From contig NW_025964223.1 of assembly GCF_023055435.1 (NCBI RefSeq), positions 49,352,001-49,416,000 on the forward strand: a stretch of 64,000 nucleotides of DNA, given 5' to 3'. The notes beneath the pieces are model-generated. The model saw only the letters and a list, made by a program, of their open reading frames with translations, made no database searches and was not told the DNA's origin. The translations under genes were made by a program, and so were the position numbers. Positions 47,613 to 59,300 of this stretch are shown one piece after another (position 1 is the stretch's first letter; the number at the start of each line of letters is the position of its first letter). Origin of the DNA: Haliotis rufescens (taxonomy: Eukaryota).

Positions 47613-49946
47613 ATGGCACAGATACATCTCCCCAAATACACAGGTCAGCAGGATGCTGAAAGTTGGTGGGCAGATTTCTACAACTTCAACTTCCTCCATG
47701 GTCACACAGACACCCAATCCTGTAGAATTCTACCCTTCTACCTGGACGGAGCTGCTAAAGTATGGTTCAGGGACCTGCCTGCGCACACACAGCTTGACAT
47801 CCACTTGCTGAAAGCGGCCTTTCAGCAACGATTTCGCAGTTCATCAGCCTTCAATTTGAGTCTTCTTGATATGACACAGAAGGAACAGGAGGACGTTGGA
47901 GACTTCATCACCAGGGTCCAAGCATCCGCGTTACACTCCTGCTTACCACAATCTGTGATAGTAGCCATTGCAATCAATGGGCTACTCCCACAGATTAAGC
48001 AGTGGGTGTATATGAAGGAGCCATTGACCCTGGATGAGGTTCGTCACCATGCCCAACTGGCTGTACAATCGCAGGCCCCAAGCAAGGAAGAGGTCAGCTT
48101 GGTCCAACAAGTTGAGCAATTTACGAACTTGGTGACCATGCTGATCACTACAAACAAGGTCTGTGCTGTACAATCAGCAACTCCCTCATCCCACCATCAG
48201 CAGCACGAGCCCCAGGTCCAGCAACAGCCACCCTCCCCATCACCAAGATACCACCAGCAACCACAACAGGAACCATACCAACCACAAGAGGATCCATACC
48301 AGTCACCACAGCAGTACCAACCACCACAGGAACAATACCAACCACCACAGGATCCATACCAGTCACCACAGGAACCATACCAGTCACCACAAGAACCATA
48401 CCAACCACCACAGGAACCATACCAGTCACCACAGGAACCATACCAACCACCACCACAGCAGTACCAACCACTACAACATCAATACCAGATACGGCAGGAA
48501 CAATATCAACCACCACAGCACTATCAGCCACCACAGAAGGAGTATCCAGTTCCACCACCTCAGCCCCACCACACAGCACAGCAACAACAACAGACGCCAT
48601 CCTTCTATCCGTACAGCTCCAGCAACAGTCAAAGTCTGCCAATTCCACAGCACCTTCGAGGCAGATGTCGCGGATGTGGTGAGTTTTTTCGGTTCCCTCA
48701 CAATTGCCCTCATAGAAATACAGTCTGTAATTATTGCTCACGCATAGGTCACCATGCAAAGGTATGCATGCGCGCATACTATGCACAATATCAACAGCCA
48801 CAGGGACTCATACCTGATACTCAGCGTTCTGGGGTCAGGCAAGAGTCAGCCTTTGTATCACTTGTTGCTCCCTTGACAAAGAACACTGTTCATGTCAAGG
48901 TTAAACAAGTGAGAACTACAGCTCTTGTTGACACAGGTGCATCAGTTAGCTGTGTCAGCATGGGCTACTTAAACAAGGTTGGCATCAAACCCTCTCATTT
49001 ACGCCCATCTCACCTAACTGAAATCATAGGTGTAGGTGGTGAAAAACATTCTGTGCTAGGTTCTGTCTCTCTTGACATTAACATAGGGCATATCTACCTC
49101 CCCCAAATCTTTCATGTCTTTCACAACTTACATCACTCTCTCATCTTAGGCATTGACTTCCTTGAATTAAACAAAGTCACTATAGACCTGCCCTCAAAAT
49201 GTCTTCACATACACGAAGGTCTTGTTTCAGTCTCTCTGGCATCAATCAATGGAGGCTACGCAAGACCATGCAAGGCTGTAATTATTCCTCCACACTCTCA
49301 AGCTGACATTCCCATCAAAATTTCTCATTGTCAACAAGGTCAAGTTTTTCTTCTTGAACCAGTTCCGGCATTAAATGACATGCAGCTCCAAGGTGCTAAG
49401 TGCCTTATAACCAACAATCCAAAATCAGCTTGCATGAGATTGCTTAATGCGAGTGACAGCCATGTCACTTTATATTCAAAAACAGTGGTTGCTGTAGCCT
49501 CAGAGATTGACCCCACATCTGTCCTTGACCTTCCTGACACTTCTGATTCTGATCCTCCTACTACTACAAGTGCTAACACAACACATTCACAGGACATTGA
49601 CTTTGATCTTAGTGATGCAGACCTCACACATGAACAACAAACACATTTACGTGCATTTCTCCAATCACAAAGGTCAGTTTTTGCCTCAGATTGGTCAGAA
49701 TTAGGACACACCCACTTACATCAACACAGAATAGAAACAGGTGATGCCAGACCGATTAGACTCCCTTTTTACAGGCAAAACGCAGCCATTAGAAAAGAAT
49801 GTTCTAGACAGGTAAAAGAAATGTTAGATGCCAATATCATTCAACCTAGTTCTTCTGAGTGGCACTCACCTGTTGTCATGGTTAAGAAACGTGACAGCTC
49901 TTACCGCTTTGCCGTAGATTATAGACGCCTCAATGCAGTTACTTAG
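47613..49946 (+). CDS. Gypsy Gag, aspartic protease and start of RT
   Basis: LDGAAKVWF (gag), CNYCSRIGHHAKVC knuckle, LVDTGAS, ILGIDFL, SPVVMVKK..RFAVDYRRLN. Confidence 0.93.
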   Translation: MAQIHLPKYTGQQDAESWWADFYNFNFLHGHTDTQSCRILPFYLDGAAKVWFRDLPAHTQLDIHLLKAAFQQRFRSSSAFNLSLLDMTQKEQEDVGDFITRVQASALHSCLPQSVIVAIAINGLLPQIKQWVYMKEPLTLDEVRHHAQLAVQSQAPSKEEVSLVQQVEQFTNLVTMLITTNKVCAVQSATPSSHHQQHEPQVQQQPPSPSPRYHQQPQQEPYQPQEDPYQSPQQYQPPQEQYQPPQDPYQSPQEPYQSPQEPYQPPQEPYQSPQEPYQPPPQQYQPLQHQYQIRQEQYQPPQHYQPPQKEYPVPPPQPHHTAQQQQQTPSFYPYSSSNSQSLPIPQHLRGRCRGCGEFFRFPHNCPHRNTVCNYCSRIGHHAKVCMRAYYAQYQQPQGLIPDTQRSGVRQESAFVSLVAPLTKNTVHVKVKQVRTTALVDTGASVSCVSMGYLNKVGIKPSHLRPSHLTEIIGVGGEKHSVLGSVSLDINIGHIYLPQIFHVFHNLHHSLILGIDFLELNKVTIDLPSKCLHIHEGLVSVSLASINGGYARPCKAVIIPPHSQADIPIKISHCQQGQVFLLEPVPALNDMQLQGAKCLITNNPKSACMRLLNASDSHVTLYSKTVVAVASEIDPTSVLDLPDTSDSDPPTTTSANTTHSQDIDFDLSDADLTHEQQTHLRAFLQSQRSVFASDWSELGHTHLHQHRIETGDARPIRLPFYRQNAAIRKECSRQVKEMLDANIIQPSSSEWHSPVVMVKKRDSSYRFAVDYRRLNAVT
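48260..48545 (+). repeat. 21-bp coding minisatellite in gag (YQ[S/P]PQ[E/D/Q][P/Q] heptads)
   Basis: About 13 ccaccacaggaaccataccaa-like units. Confidence 0.9.
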
Positions 49947-52900
49947 CCTATATTTTTTCCTCTGCCACGTTTTGAAGATGTCGTTGATGCCGTAGGTGAC
50001 AGCCATGCCAAAATCTTTAGTGTGCTTGATTGTGCTAGTGGCTTTTGGCAAATACCACTCCACCCAGATACAAAACACAAGTCCGCCTTCATTACGCCTG
50101 ATGGTGTTTTTGAATGGAATCGCCTTCCTTTCGGCCTCAAAAATGCTCCTATGGCATTTCAGCAAACCATTTCAGAGGCACTAAAAGAGATGAATTGGCG
50201 TTACATATTGATATATGTCGATGACATAATAATATTTTCTAAAACCTTTTCTGAACATCTGAATCACCTCAAGGCAGTATTCCAAAAGATCAGTGAAGCA
50301 GGCCTCACTCTAAAACCCAGCAAATGTAAATTCGCGACAAAACAAGTTACCTACTTAGGGCATATCTTCAGTAAAGATGGCATCCATGTTGATCCTTCCA
50401 AAATAGATTCAGTCACACAGATTCCACCTCCTAAAAATGTCCATGACGTGCGCCATTTCCTAGGTTTGGCATCATATTATCGGAAATTTGTAGCAAACTT
50501 TTCGGGCATTGCCTCCTCTCTTTACAATCTCCTTAAAAAAGATGCATCTTTCGAATGGTCATACAATTGTCAACAGGCATTTGAAAAGTTAAAACATGCC
50601 CTTACAACTGCACCCATCCTCGCATACCCTGACCAAAACCAACCCTTCATCCTCACAACTGATGCATCACAAACTGCAATAGGGTACATCTTAGGCCAAC
50701 TTGATCCTCAAGGTAGAGAACATGTAATATGTTATGGCGGCCGCTCTCTCCATACTGCTGAAAAGAATTGGGGTATCACACATCTAGAATGCCTGGCCGT
50801 CCTAGAAGGTATTAAAAACTTCAGGGTGTACCTTGCAAATGGATCATTTTCTGTTTACACAGACCACAAAGCTCTGACTTGGCTTAAGAAAACCAAACAT
50901 GACTCTGGTCGCCTTAGTAGATGGTCCCTAATGCTGCAAGAGTATGATTTTGAGATCATACACAGGCCAGGCAAAGCCAACACAAATGCAGATGCCTTAT
51001 CTCGCATTCCTCATGCAGAGCAAGTACATCAACCTAACACTGATGATATACCCTCCCCACCCATTTCAACAGAACCCATATCATCAACCCGTACATATGC
51101 ACAAGTAGCTGCCACTGCTTCATCTCCACTCTTACCCACTCCAACTTCACATTCGATGTCACCATCAAGCAGCCTCAAAGTGTTATTCCCTCATCACCAA
51201 GGCAACATGAGGTCTACACCCTTGACTGCCACTTCTCACCATTATGCCAATCCCAGTACAGGCAACAAGAGGTCTACACCCTCGACTGCCCATACTTCCC
51301 ATTATGCCAATCCCAATACAGGCAACAAGAGGTCTACACCCTCGACTGCCACTTCTCACCATTATGCCAATCCCAATACAGGCAACAAGAGGTCTACACC
51401 CTTGACTGCCACTTCTCACCATTATGCCAATCCCAATACAGGCAACAAGAGGTCTACACCCTCGACTGCCCATTCTTCCCATTATGCCAATCCCAATACA
51501 GGCAACAAGAGGTCTACACCTTCGACTGCTCATTCTTGCCATTACGCCAATCCCAATGCAGGCAACATGAGGCCTACACCCTCGACTGCCTCTTCTCTCC
51601 AACATGCTAATTCTCACTCAGCCAACAAGAGGTCTACACCTTCGACTTCCTCCACTCGCCAATATGCTTATTCAAAAGCAGGCAATATGAGGTCTGCACC
51701 CTCAACAGCCTTATCTCACAAACCAGCCAGCCGTGCTCATCCATGTCCCATACCACCTACTGACAAGAAGATAAACGAGTCGGTCACCACTGCTACAAAA
51801 TCCTCCAACAACAGTGTCCACACCGAACTACCATTCATGTCTCGTCCCTCCAGCCAACTGAGGTCTTCTTCCTCTTCAACCAAATCATGCTCATCTCCAC
51901 AAAACAACTTTCCAAAGCATACAAACATTGACAATGGCACTCTTGACTCACACAGTGTCTCATCAGAAGATATCGGTAGAGATGACATAACATCCTCTAT
52001 ATCTGTAGACTTTGTCTACAAGTCGGGTCCTCCCGATCCTCCTTCAGGCCCTATGGTCTTTGCTATAGGAACTGATCTTGATGATAAAGACTTGGCAGAA
52101 AAGCAACGTAAATCCCCTGACCTTCGTCCAATCATGGACTACATTGAAAAAGGTGAAATTCCTTCCACCTATACAGATGTTCAAGTCAAGGGTCTAACTG
52201 GCCTTGCTCAAGAGTATGACATACGTGATGGTATTCTGTACCACTTCTTTCATGCAAAGCATCGAGGTCAGAAAAACAATCGCCCTCCTATGGTAACACA
52301 GCTAGCTGTCCCTGTCTGCTGTCGCAAAGAGCTTCTTTTTGCCTACCATGATTCCAAAGCTGGTGGTTGCCACTTTGGACGAGATGCAACTCGTCAGACA
52401 ATACTCACAAAGTATTACTGGCCAGGCTTATACCAGGATATTGAGAATTATGTCAAGTCCTGTGATGACTGCCAACGCTCCAAAAAAAGGACAAACGCCA
52501 AGCCAGCACCAATGGTGCCCATGCCTATTGAGGACACATTCTCACGTCTCCATGTTGACATCCTCGGACCATTGCCTGAGACTAAGGAAGGTTATAAGTA
52601 TGTTCTCCTTGCAGTTGATTCCTTCTCACGCTGGACTGAAGGTTTCCCTATGCGCACTCAAGAAGCCTCCGAGGTTGCATCAATCCTGTTCACTAAGGTT
52701 TTCTCACGGTTTGGTGCTCCCCGTACTCTTCTTACTGACAGAGGTAGGCAGTTCACTTCCAAGCTAGTAAATGCTCTCTGTGAACTCCTCGATATCAAGC
52801 ACTACTACACTTCGTCCTACCACCCCCAGACTAATGGGATGTGTGAAAGGAGGAACAGTGTCATAGAGCAGGCTCTCCGAAGATATGCTGACCCTGATCA

Positions 52901-53852
52901 GACCAATTGGGCCAAACTCATTCCATGTGTTATGATGGCCATGCGCAATGTACCTTGTCAATCTACAGGGTATTCACCACACTACCTTCTGTTTGGAAAG
53001 GAAATGAATCTTCCTTTTGACACAACCTTGCTGCCTAAATCTACCCTCGGCAAAGATGCACAGGGTCATCTTCAAGATCTCTTGAAAAATCTGAATGTTG
53101 CAAAATCCCTTGCAAAGGACAACATGTCTGCTGCTCAGGATAAAAGCAAGAATCTTCAGGATGTCAGAAACAAGGAACCTTCATTTGCAGTTGGTGATCA
53201 GGTTCTCATGACTGATCCAACTGTCAAAACTGGCCTTTCCCCCAAACTGTCAAAGAAATGGATAGGACCTTACAGAATCATTCGCATCGGTCTTAACCAT
53301 ACTTTCAAACTACTGAACACTAACACAAACAAAGAACATAAATCCTTCATTCATGCCAACAGACTTAAAACTTATACACCTCCAACCCCTCGAAGACAAC
53401 CTGCACAACCAGCTCAGCATCTAGCAACACCCACTCAGTCGACGGCCTCCCAGCCTGACAATCCTCGTAGAGAAGCCTCACAAACAGCCCAGCATCAATC
53501 AACTCCAACTCAGTCAACATCCTCCCATCCTGACAACCCTACCACAACACAGCACACTTCCGTAGAGGATCCCATTATGCTACCTCACTCGTCTGATAAC
53601 TCTGACACTATTCCACAGAGTCCCACATCATCTACCCAACCAGATGATCAACTTTATGCTGTAAAACGCATACACAAAGCTAAAAAGAAGTCAGGAGTAA
53701 CTCATTACCTAATTGAATGGGAAGGTTACCCTCAACGCACCTGGGAACCTGCCTCCAACCTTAGTGCGGAAATGATAAGTGATTACCATACATTTAGAAC
53801 AGGATCTGGTCACAGACGGAAACGGAAACACAGATATTTTGCAAAATCATAG
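49947..53852 (+). CDS. Gypsy Pol (RT, RNase H, integrase, GPY/F, chromodomain), in frame after a single TAG
   Basis: LPFGLKNAP, YVDD, TTDAS, TDHKAL, H..H..CDDC, HVDILGP, TDRG, ERRN, WIGPY, YLIEWEGY..TWEPASNL. Confidence 0.93.
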   Translation, partial: PIFFPLPRFEDVVDAVGDSHAKIFSVLDCASGFWQIPLHPDTKHKSAFITPDGVFEWNRLPFGLKNAPMAFQQTISEALKEMNWRYILIYVDDIIIFSKTFSEHLNHLKAVFQKISEAGLTLKPSKCKFATKQVTYLGHIFSKDGIHVDPSKIDSVTQIPPPKNVHDVRHFLGLASYYRKFVANFSGIASSLYNLLKKDASFEWSYNCQQAFEKLKHALTTAPILAYPDQNQPFILTTDASQTAIGYILGQLDPQGREHVICYGGRSLHTAEKNWGITHLECLAVLEGIKNFRVYLANGSFSVYTDHKALTWLKKTKHDSGRLSRWSLMLQEYDFEIIHRPGKANTNADALSRIPHAEQVHQPNTDDIPSPPISTEPISSTRTYAQVAATASSPLLPTPTSHSMSPSSSLKVLFPHHQGNMRSTPLTATSHHYANPSTGNKRSTPSTAHTSHYANPNTGNKRSTPSTATSHHYANPNTGNKRSTPLTATSHHYANPNTGNKRSTPSTAHSSHYANPNTGNKRSTPSTAHSCHYANPNAGNMRPTPSTASSLQHANSHSANKRSTPSTSSTRQYAYSKAGNMRSAPSTALSHKPASRAHPCPIPPTDKKINESVTTATKSSNNSVHTELPFMSRPSSQLRSSSSSTKSCSSPQNNFPKHTNIDNGTLDSHSVSSEDIGRDDITSSISVDFVYKSGPPDPPSGPMVFAIGTDLDDKDLAEKQRKSPDLRPIMDYIEKGEIPSTYTDVQVKGLTGLAQEYDIRDGILYHFFHAKHRGQKNNRPPMVTQLAVPVCCRKELLFAYHDSKAGGCHFGRDATRQTILTKYYWPGLYQDIENYVKSCDDCQRSKKRTNAKPAPMVPMPIEDTFSRLHVDILGPLPETKEGYKYVLLAVDSFSRWTEGFPMRTQEASEVASILFTKVFSRFGAPRTLLTDRGRQFTSKLVNALCELLDIKHYYTSSYHPQTNGMCERRNSVIEQALRRYADPDQTNWAKLIPCVMMAMRNVPCQSTGYSPHYLLFGKEMNLPFDTTLLPKSTLGKDAQGHLQDLLKNLNVAKSLAKDNMSAAQDKSKNLQDVRNKEPSFAVGDQVLMTDPTVKTGLSPKLSKKWIGPYRIIRIGLNHTFKLLNTNTNKEHKSFIHANRLKTYTPPTPRRQPAQPAQHLATPTQSTASQPDNPRREASQTAQHQSTPTQSTSSHPDNPTTTQHTSVEDPIMLPHSSDNSDTIPQSPTSSTQPDDQLYAVKRIHKAKKKSGVTHYLIEWEGYPQRTWEPASNLSAEMISDYHTFRTGSGHRRKRKHRYFAKS
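51201..51730 (+). repeat. 60-bp coding minisatellite between RNase H and integrase
   Basis: About 9 copies of ggcaacaagaggtctacaccctcgactgcc..., encoding GNKRSTPSTATSHHYANPNT. Confidence 0.93.
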
Positions 53853-54824
53853 GTCTTGACCTTCCATGCTATTCCTCCTGGCAACAAGTCATCATTTGTC
53901 AAGGTATATGAGCTCTGACCACCCCCTACAGGTAATCAAATTGCCATGTGTTCTATAAGTGCTACGCAGTGAAATGTTGTGGCCACAACTTTCCTGCAAC
54001 AATGGTCATCCCATCTGACTTGTACTTTGGTTTCTTTTTGTCTTTGGTCCATCATGGAGAGCCACTATCCTTGAGTTCGGCTGATATTCGTGCCTCCTGT
54101 CCTGAGTGACCTCGCTTTGCCTCCAATACCTAACTAAGATACGTACACGTCAACTACCGTTAATCTCTCGTTGTCATCACCACCTTAACAGACTACAATG
54201 TTTCCATTCTGTTAGGAATCTTGGCTGTTCCTTGGGCAGCATTTCTCATCCTTGTCTCAAAATCTCAACTGTCTTCTCCAAGACTTGAGTGTGCCACAAT
54301 TCCAATTCTTCCACTCACTCTGTGCCTTCCTATTGGCATATCCAAACGCCTTCTGGTGCCTCACTTCCCACACATTCACAAACTCTTTAAGCACCCCTTT
54401 GCCACCTATATCCTAATATTTCACAACGGATACTTTCAAATCGTAGACCTAGCGTGATGTGAAATGTTTGACAGTGTCAGGGCAAATTGTTGGGGAACGC
54501 TAAAAACTCCCTCATCACAAAACAACCTTTCCTCATATTATGTATGTTCTTGTTAACCGGTTTCCTTTTCACAGAAATGCTTGTTCATTACTTCAAATTG
54601 TCATTTTTCTTGTAGTTTAATATGTAGGTATGTTTCAGAATCTTTGTAATGGAAATCGTGTGCCTTATGTTTTCAACTGATCAAACTATCTTCATGCACA
54701 CATTTGTTCATGTCCAACGTAATCTATTGTATCATTGTATTCTGATTATCTATGTATATTCGCTTCATTTTAATCCTTTTCTTTTGGCTTTTGAGGACAA
54801 AAGCTCCACGACGCACAGGGGTAT

Positions 54825-55406
54825 TGTTACAGTGCATATATTTCATTACACTTTTTATATTTTTAACAAATTAAACTTAAACTAGGAAATTCTAAAATTC
54901 GAAAGTCGCTAGACCAGTATTTCTCGTTTTTATCGCCACTGGTCGACCATGACGGCTGCTCCTCGGCAAGCTCATTCACGCGAACAGTAAATTACGTAAT
55001 CATAGATAAAGTCGGCGCGTACGTCCGCCCCGGCCCTTGTTCTCTTGATAAATGTTTTGTTACCAGCTGGCGCAGGTTTTGACCACCATCTTAAACTGTA
55101 ATTAAAACAAACTCTTCTCAGGCAATACTGATACCATTCTATTACCACCTGCTTTTGTGTAGTCAACTTTGACAGCCCAGGGCAGATAACAGAGACCGAA
55201 ATTACAACTTCAAAGTTATTGTTAATGTGATAAGAGTAGAGCTGTGGGGGTATATAACTCCTTGGGTGTTGGTCCTCAGCACACTTGCTTGAATAAACCT
55301 TAAGGACCTCACAGCTCTCTTCTCTCTTGTTTCAAGGCTAGCTCCCAATAGCTAATTCCCCAAACCGAGGCCTGACAGTCATTGGAATCCCAAAAAGGCT
55401 GTCTTA
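54825..55406 (+). repeat. 3' LTR
   Basis: Direct repeat of 46830-47411. Confidence 0.95.
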
Positions 55407-55513
55407 CCACGTTGAAAACACCGGTTCTCGTCCGATCACCGAAGTTAAGCAACGTCGGGCCCGGAGAGTACTTGGATGGGTGACCGCCTGGGAACACCGG
55501 GTGCAGTAGACAT
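55407..55513 (+). pseudogene. 5S rRNA: 5S rRNA 3' fragment (nt 14-120, including the TSD)
   Basis: CCACGTTGAAAACACCGG...GTAGACA followed by a T-run; internal control region retained. Confidence 0.93.
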
Positions 55514-56746
55514 TTTTGCTGTGCGATTCCCACTTTTTTTCTTTTTCGACCATAAGGTGCACTTGACTCATTCACATCTGATGTAATCATACACTTTTAT
55601 TTCCTTGTAAATGGCCCCACTCATGCATGTCTGCTCAAAGACATAGCTGCCAGCCATGTATTCTTACATACCTTTACAGAAAGGACTTTTCCACTATACA
55701 TGTGATCATATTCAGTTGTCAGTTCACCAAACTCGTCAACTATTCTGAAGGCATGTACGTCCTTTTCGCCACATAAAGGTGTTTGCGTGCACCGATAATT
55801 GACTATTTTACTTATTTTTTTACTGTCAAAGCATGAATATATAATATATACATGTAAAATTATAATGTTGTTCGTGTTAAGTCTCGGCTCACATCTCTTT
55901 GCCTACACAGATAAGAAAAGGAGAAAGAGTTAGATCGTACAGAGCGCCTGTCAATAGGAGTTCACTGGCTTGCTGCTGGAAAATGTATTTTGAAAGCTGT
56001 GAGCAAGCTGATCACTGTTGACACGCTTTACAAATATGAAAAGAAACGACGCGACTGTGTGATAAACCAGCTATTTTATGTTCCCCGTTCTAGCTGATCG
56101 CTTGCAAACGTACTTTAGACTTATTAGAAAGTATTTCCATACATTTCTCTCGCCATACAACAGGTAGATGTGACATGTTGCAGGTAGGGGGCTAGGCGAA
56201 ACGCACACGACCAAGGGCGCACAACTCTTGGCGCTCTATTTGAAAAGTCGTGCACAGGCGAGGCGTGTGTCGGTAAAACACCCCGTGGATGTCTGGCCTT
56301 TATCGCCGTTTTACACCTTTGAACACAACGTGCATGTGCAGCTACACACATAGGAAGTCTGCACTCAGTATATTATATATATCAACGACACTAATCGCCT
56401 CACTTTCCAACATACACCAATTTGGGGGGTTAATAAACAAGCATAACAACAGTCATTAGTGTGAAGACACATCCCCCCCCCCTCCCCCCCCCCCCCCCCC
56501 CCCCACACACACACAATAAAATCCCTGACGTACCCTTATCATCATCACCTATGTGTGTTATGTGCGTGGTGGGTGTTGCTGCCACGTTATCTCTGTTATC
56601 ACGAGAACCTGCACTTTATTACTGCTAATATACATATTTATTGTTTTGTTATCAGTGTTTTCAAGTTTTCTTTTGGGGTATTTGGATGGCCCTGAAAAGG
56701 GCCTTTGGACCACAGAAATGTGGAGCGAAGGCGTGACAATGAGAGC

Positions 56747-57310
56747 TTAAGCCTTCTTTGGCTTGACTGCCTTCTTCTTGGGGGTCTTGACCTTCTTGGG
56801 TTTGGCTGCTGCCTTCTTGGGTGTCTTCGCCTTCTTGGGCTTGGCTGCAGCCTTCACCTTCTTTGGTGACTTAGCGGCCTTCTTAGCGGCTGTTTTGGGT
56901 TTCTTGGCAGCAGCTGGCTTCTTGACTTTCTTGGGGGATTTGGCAGCCTTCTTTGGTTTGGCAGCTGCCTTAGCCTTCTTGGGTTTTTCGTCTTTCTTTG
57001 CCTCGCCAATACGGAATGATCCAGCGGCTCCAGTTCCCTTTGATTGCTTCAGTGCGCCATTCTTGACTCCATTTTTCAAAGCAGTCTTGATGCGAGCATT
57101 GATGGCCACCTGGTTGTCACCGACCTTGTAGTTGGCCAAGATGTATTTCAGAACAGCCTGTCGGGAGGAACCACTCCTCTCCTTCAGGGATGAAATAGCT
57201 TTCTTGATCATCTCCAAATAGGTAGGATGTGCGGCAGCCTTCTTAGGCCTGGCAGCAGCCTTCTTCTTGGGAGTCTTGACAACAGCGGGGGCAGCAGCAG
57301 CATCAGCCAT
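56747..57310 (-). CDS. H1: Histone H1 (K21R and L-to-I variant; promoter separated by LINE B)
   Basis: 187-aa H1 with several private substitutions. Confidence 0.97.
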   Translation of the reverse strand: MADAAAAPAVVKTPKKKAAARPKKAAAHPTYLEMIKKAISSLKERSGSSRQAVLKYILANYKVGDNQVAINARIKTALKNGVKNGALKQSKGTGAAGSFRIGEAKKDEKPKKAKAAAKPKKAAKSPKKVKKPAAAKKPKTAAKKAAKSPKKVKAAAKPKKAKTPKKAAAKPKKVKTPKKKAVKPKKA

Positions 57311-57382
57311 AGTGGTAAGTTTGAGTGGTAAAAATTCACGTCAGCTACGAGAGAAGCACAGAGAGCGAATGACACTTCCCCA

Positions 57383-59300
57383 GTCAGTCAGTCAGTCAGT
57401 TTCTTAGTTTTAACGACCCCTTCTAGCATAGCTAATTTCGGGGTCGGGATGGCCCCGTTCTAGTAGATAGGGAGAATTTGAAAAATAAAGTCCTGATAAT
57501 GACGTGAATAGTGGAGATATGCTAAGGTAGCCACCCAAAAAAATGTAAGGTTTTATGGGGCAGGGGAATCGGGTGGAGGGCTGGGTGGTTGGTGTGTTGG
57601 GACTTGGCGTAGCGATTTATTTGGAGTATTTATAGTTGGTTATGTTTTGTGTGGTTTGTGTAAGAATTAGAAATTATTTGATAGTTTTCTTAAGTTGTTT
57701 TTGTGTCACGCGGGTTTTGTTAGGAAGGATAGTGGGCAGTGAGTAAATAACGATTTGGGATTTTAGGGTGTTTTTTGTGTGGTTTTTGTTGTTGTTGTTG
57801 TTGTTGTTGTTTTTTGTGGGTTTTTTAAATGTCTTGGGGGAGGTGCGTTTGGTTTATATCCGTTAGGTAGTTGGATGGATGATTGTGTCGCTTTTGTGGG
57901 TGGTGTTAGATTAGTTTTATGATATCTGTTTTTGTGATATAATTTATGATTGTTTTTTGTATTTGTGGGGGATTGTGGGGGGATAGGAGTGTGTGGATAG
58001 TTTTTGTGTATTTTGCATCTAGTGTGTTGATGTACTGTATTCTGTGTGGTAAGTAGAGTGTGCACGTGTAGAATAAGTGCTGTATTGTTTGGGGAACTAC
58101 ACATGTGGGGCAGAGCCCAGTGGAATGGCGAAAGTTTAATTTTGTGATGCCTACATATAGCCTGTTTAGTGCGGATTGTATATTACGTGAGTTGCTAGAA
58201 AGATTTACTTTATTGATTTGTTTATTTATTGTTTTGTATGTCCATGTGGCGGGGGAGGTGTGCAGTTGTTTGAAGTTTTCTTGGGTTATTAGTTTATTTA
58301 TGATGGATTTATATTCCTGTTTGCTGTATGTCAGTGGGTAATTAATATGTTTATTTTTTGCTGCTTGTTTGGCCGCTTGATCTGCCTTTTCGTTTCCTGT
58401 GATCCCAATATGTGAGGGTACCCATGCAATATTGATTTGTTTATTCTGTTCTGTTAATGTTTTCGTTAAGTGTAGTATTCGGTGTAGTAGATGTGGCCTG
58501 TTTGTGTAATTTCTGTTTTTAATTGATTGTATTGAGCTAAGTGAATCTGTGAGGATTAGAAGTTTGTTTTGTGTTATTGTCTCTGCCATTTTGAAGGCCA
58601 TATAGATTGCTGTTTTTTCGGCGGTATGTATGGATAGGTGGTTTGGGATGCGTGCTGATGTGGTGGTTATGTTTGGTTTGGTTGTGTGTATTGCGAAGGC
58701 TGTTGTGTGGTCCGTCGGGTTGTGTGACCCGTCTGCGTGGATGTATGTCCAGTCTGGCCAGTGTTGTTGTATGTAATCCATTGCCATTATTTTTTGTTGG
58801 TGCTTGTTTGATGTTATTTTTGTGATGTTTGTTAGACCAGTGTCAGTATGAGGAGGTGGCAGGTGATATGAGTAGTCATGAATGACAGGGGTGAGTTTTA
58901 TGTTTTTAAGTTTGTATGTTTTGAGAAGGTGGTTTAGCCGAATGGTGAATGGGAGTCTTCGTCTTTTTTTGATTAGTTTGACTTTCTGTCTTAGTGGTAG
59001 ATTTTCTGTTGTTGCTATGAGGCTGCTTAACAATGGGTTTGTGCATGCTGTAGCCCAGTAGTTTAGTGTGATTTGTTTGCGTTTAAGGGGGAGAGCTATT
59101 TCCCCAGTGAGCTTTAAGAGAGATGTGAGTGCTGTGCCTGATATTGTACCTAGTGAGATTGATAGTGCTTTGTATTGTATTGAGTCTAATTTCTTGGAGT
59201 CTGTTTGTGTGAGTGCGTCGTATGCGGGTGCGGCGTATTCTAACTTGGGTCGGATGAGTGTTTTGTAGACAGTAAGTAGCGTGTGCTGGTCTGCTCCAGC
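57383..59300 (-). mobile_element. Non-LTR retrotransposon family B, 5'-truncated copy 2
   Basis: 11-bp TSD acacttcccca (57372-57382 and 59301-59311). RNase H/CCHC ORF at 57906-59300. Confidence 0.95.

Larger units (their letters stand above)
46830..55406 (+). mobile_element. Ty3/Gypsy LTR retrotransposon with chromodomain (8.6 kb) inserted in a 5S gene
   Basis: Two 582-bp LTRs, TSD ccac, PBS, domain order gag-PR-RT-RH-IN-chromo, purine-rich tract before the 3' LTR. Confidence 0.97.

Noticed and set aside
51201-51730. CRISPR-like appearance of the regular repeats
   Set aside because: No unique spacers; it is an in-frame coding minisatellite in a eukaryotic retrotransposon.
53853-54824. Possible env or extra ORF after pol
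   Set aside because: Only short ORFs without recognisable motifs.
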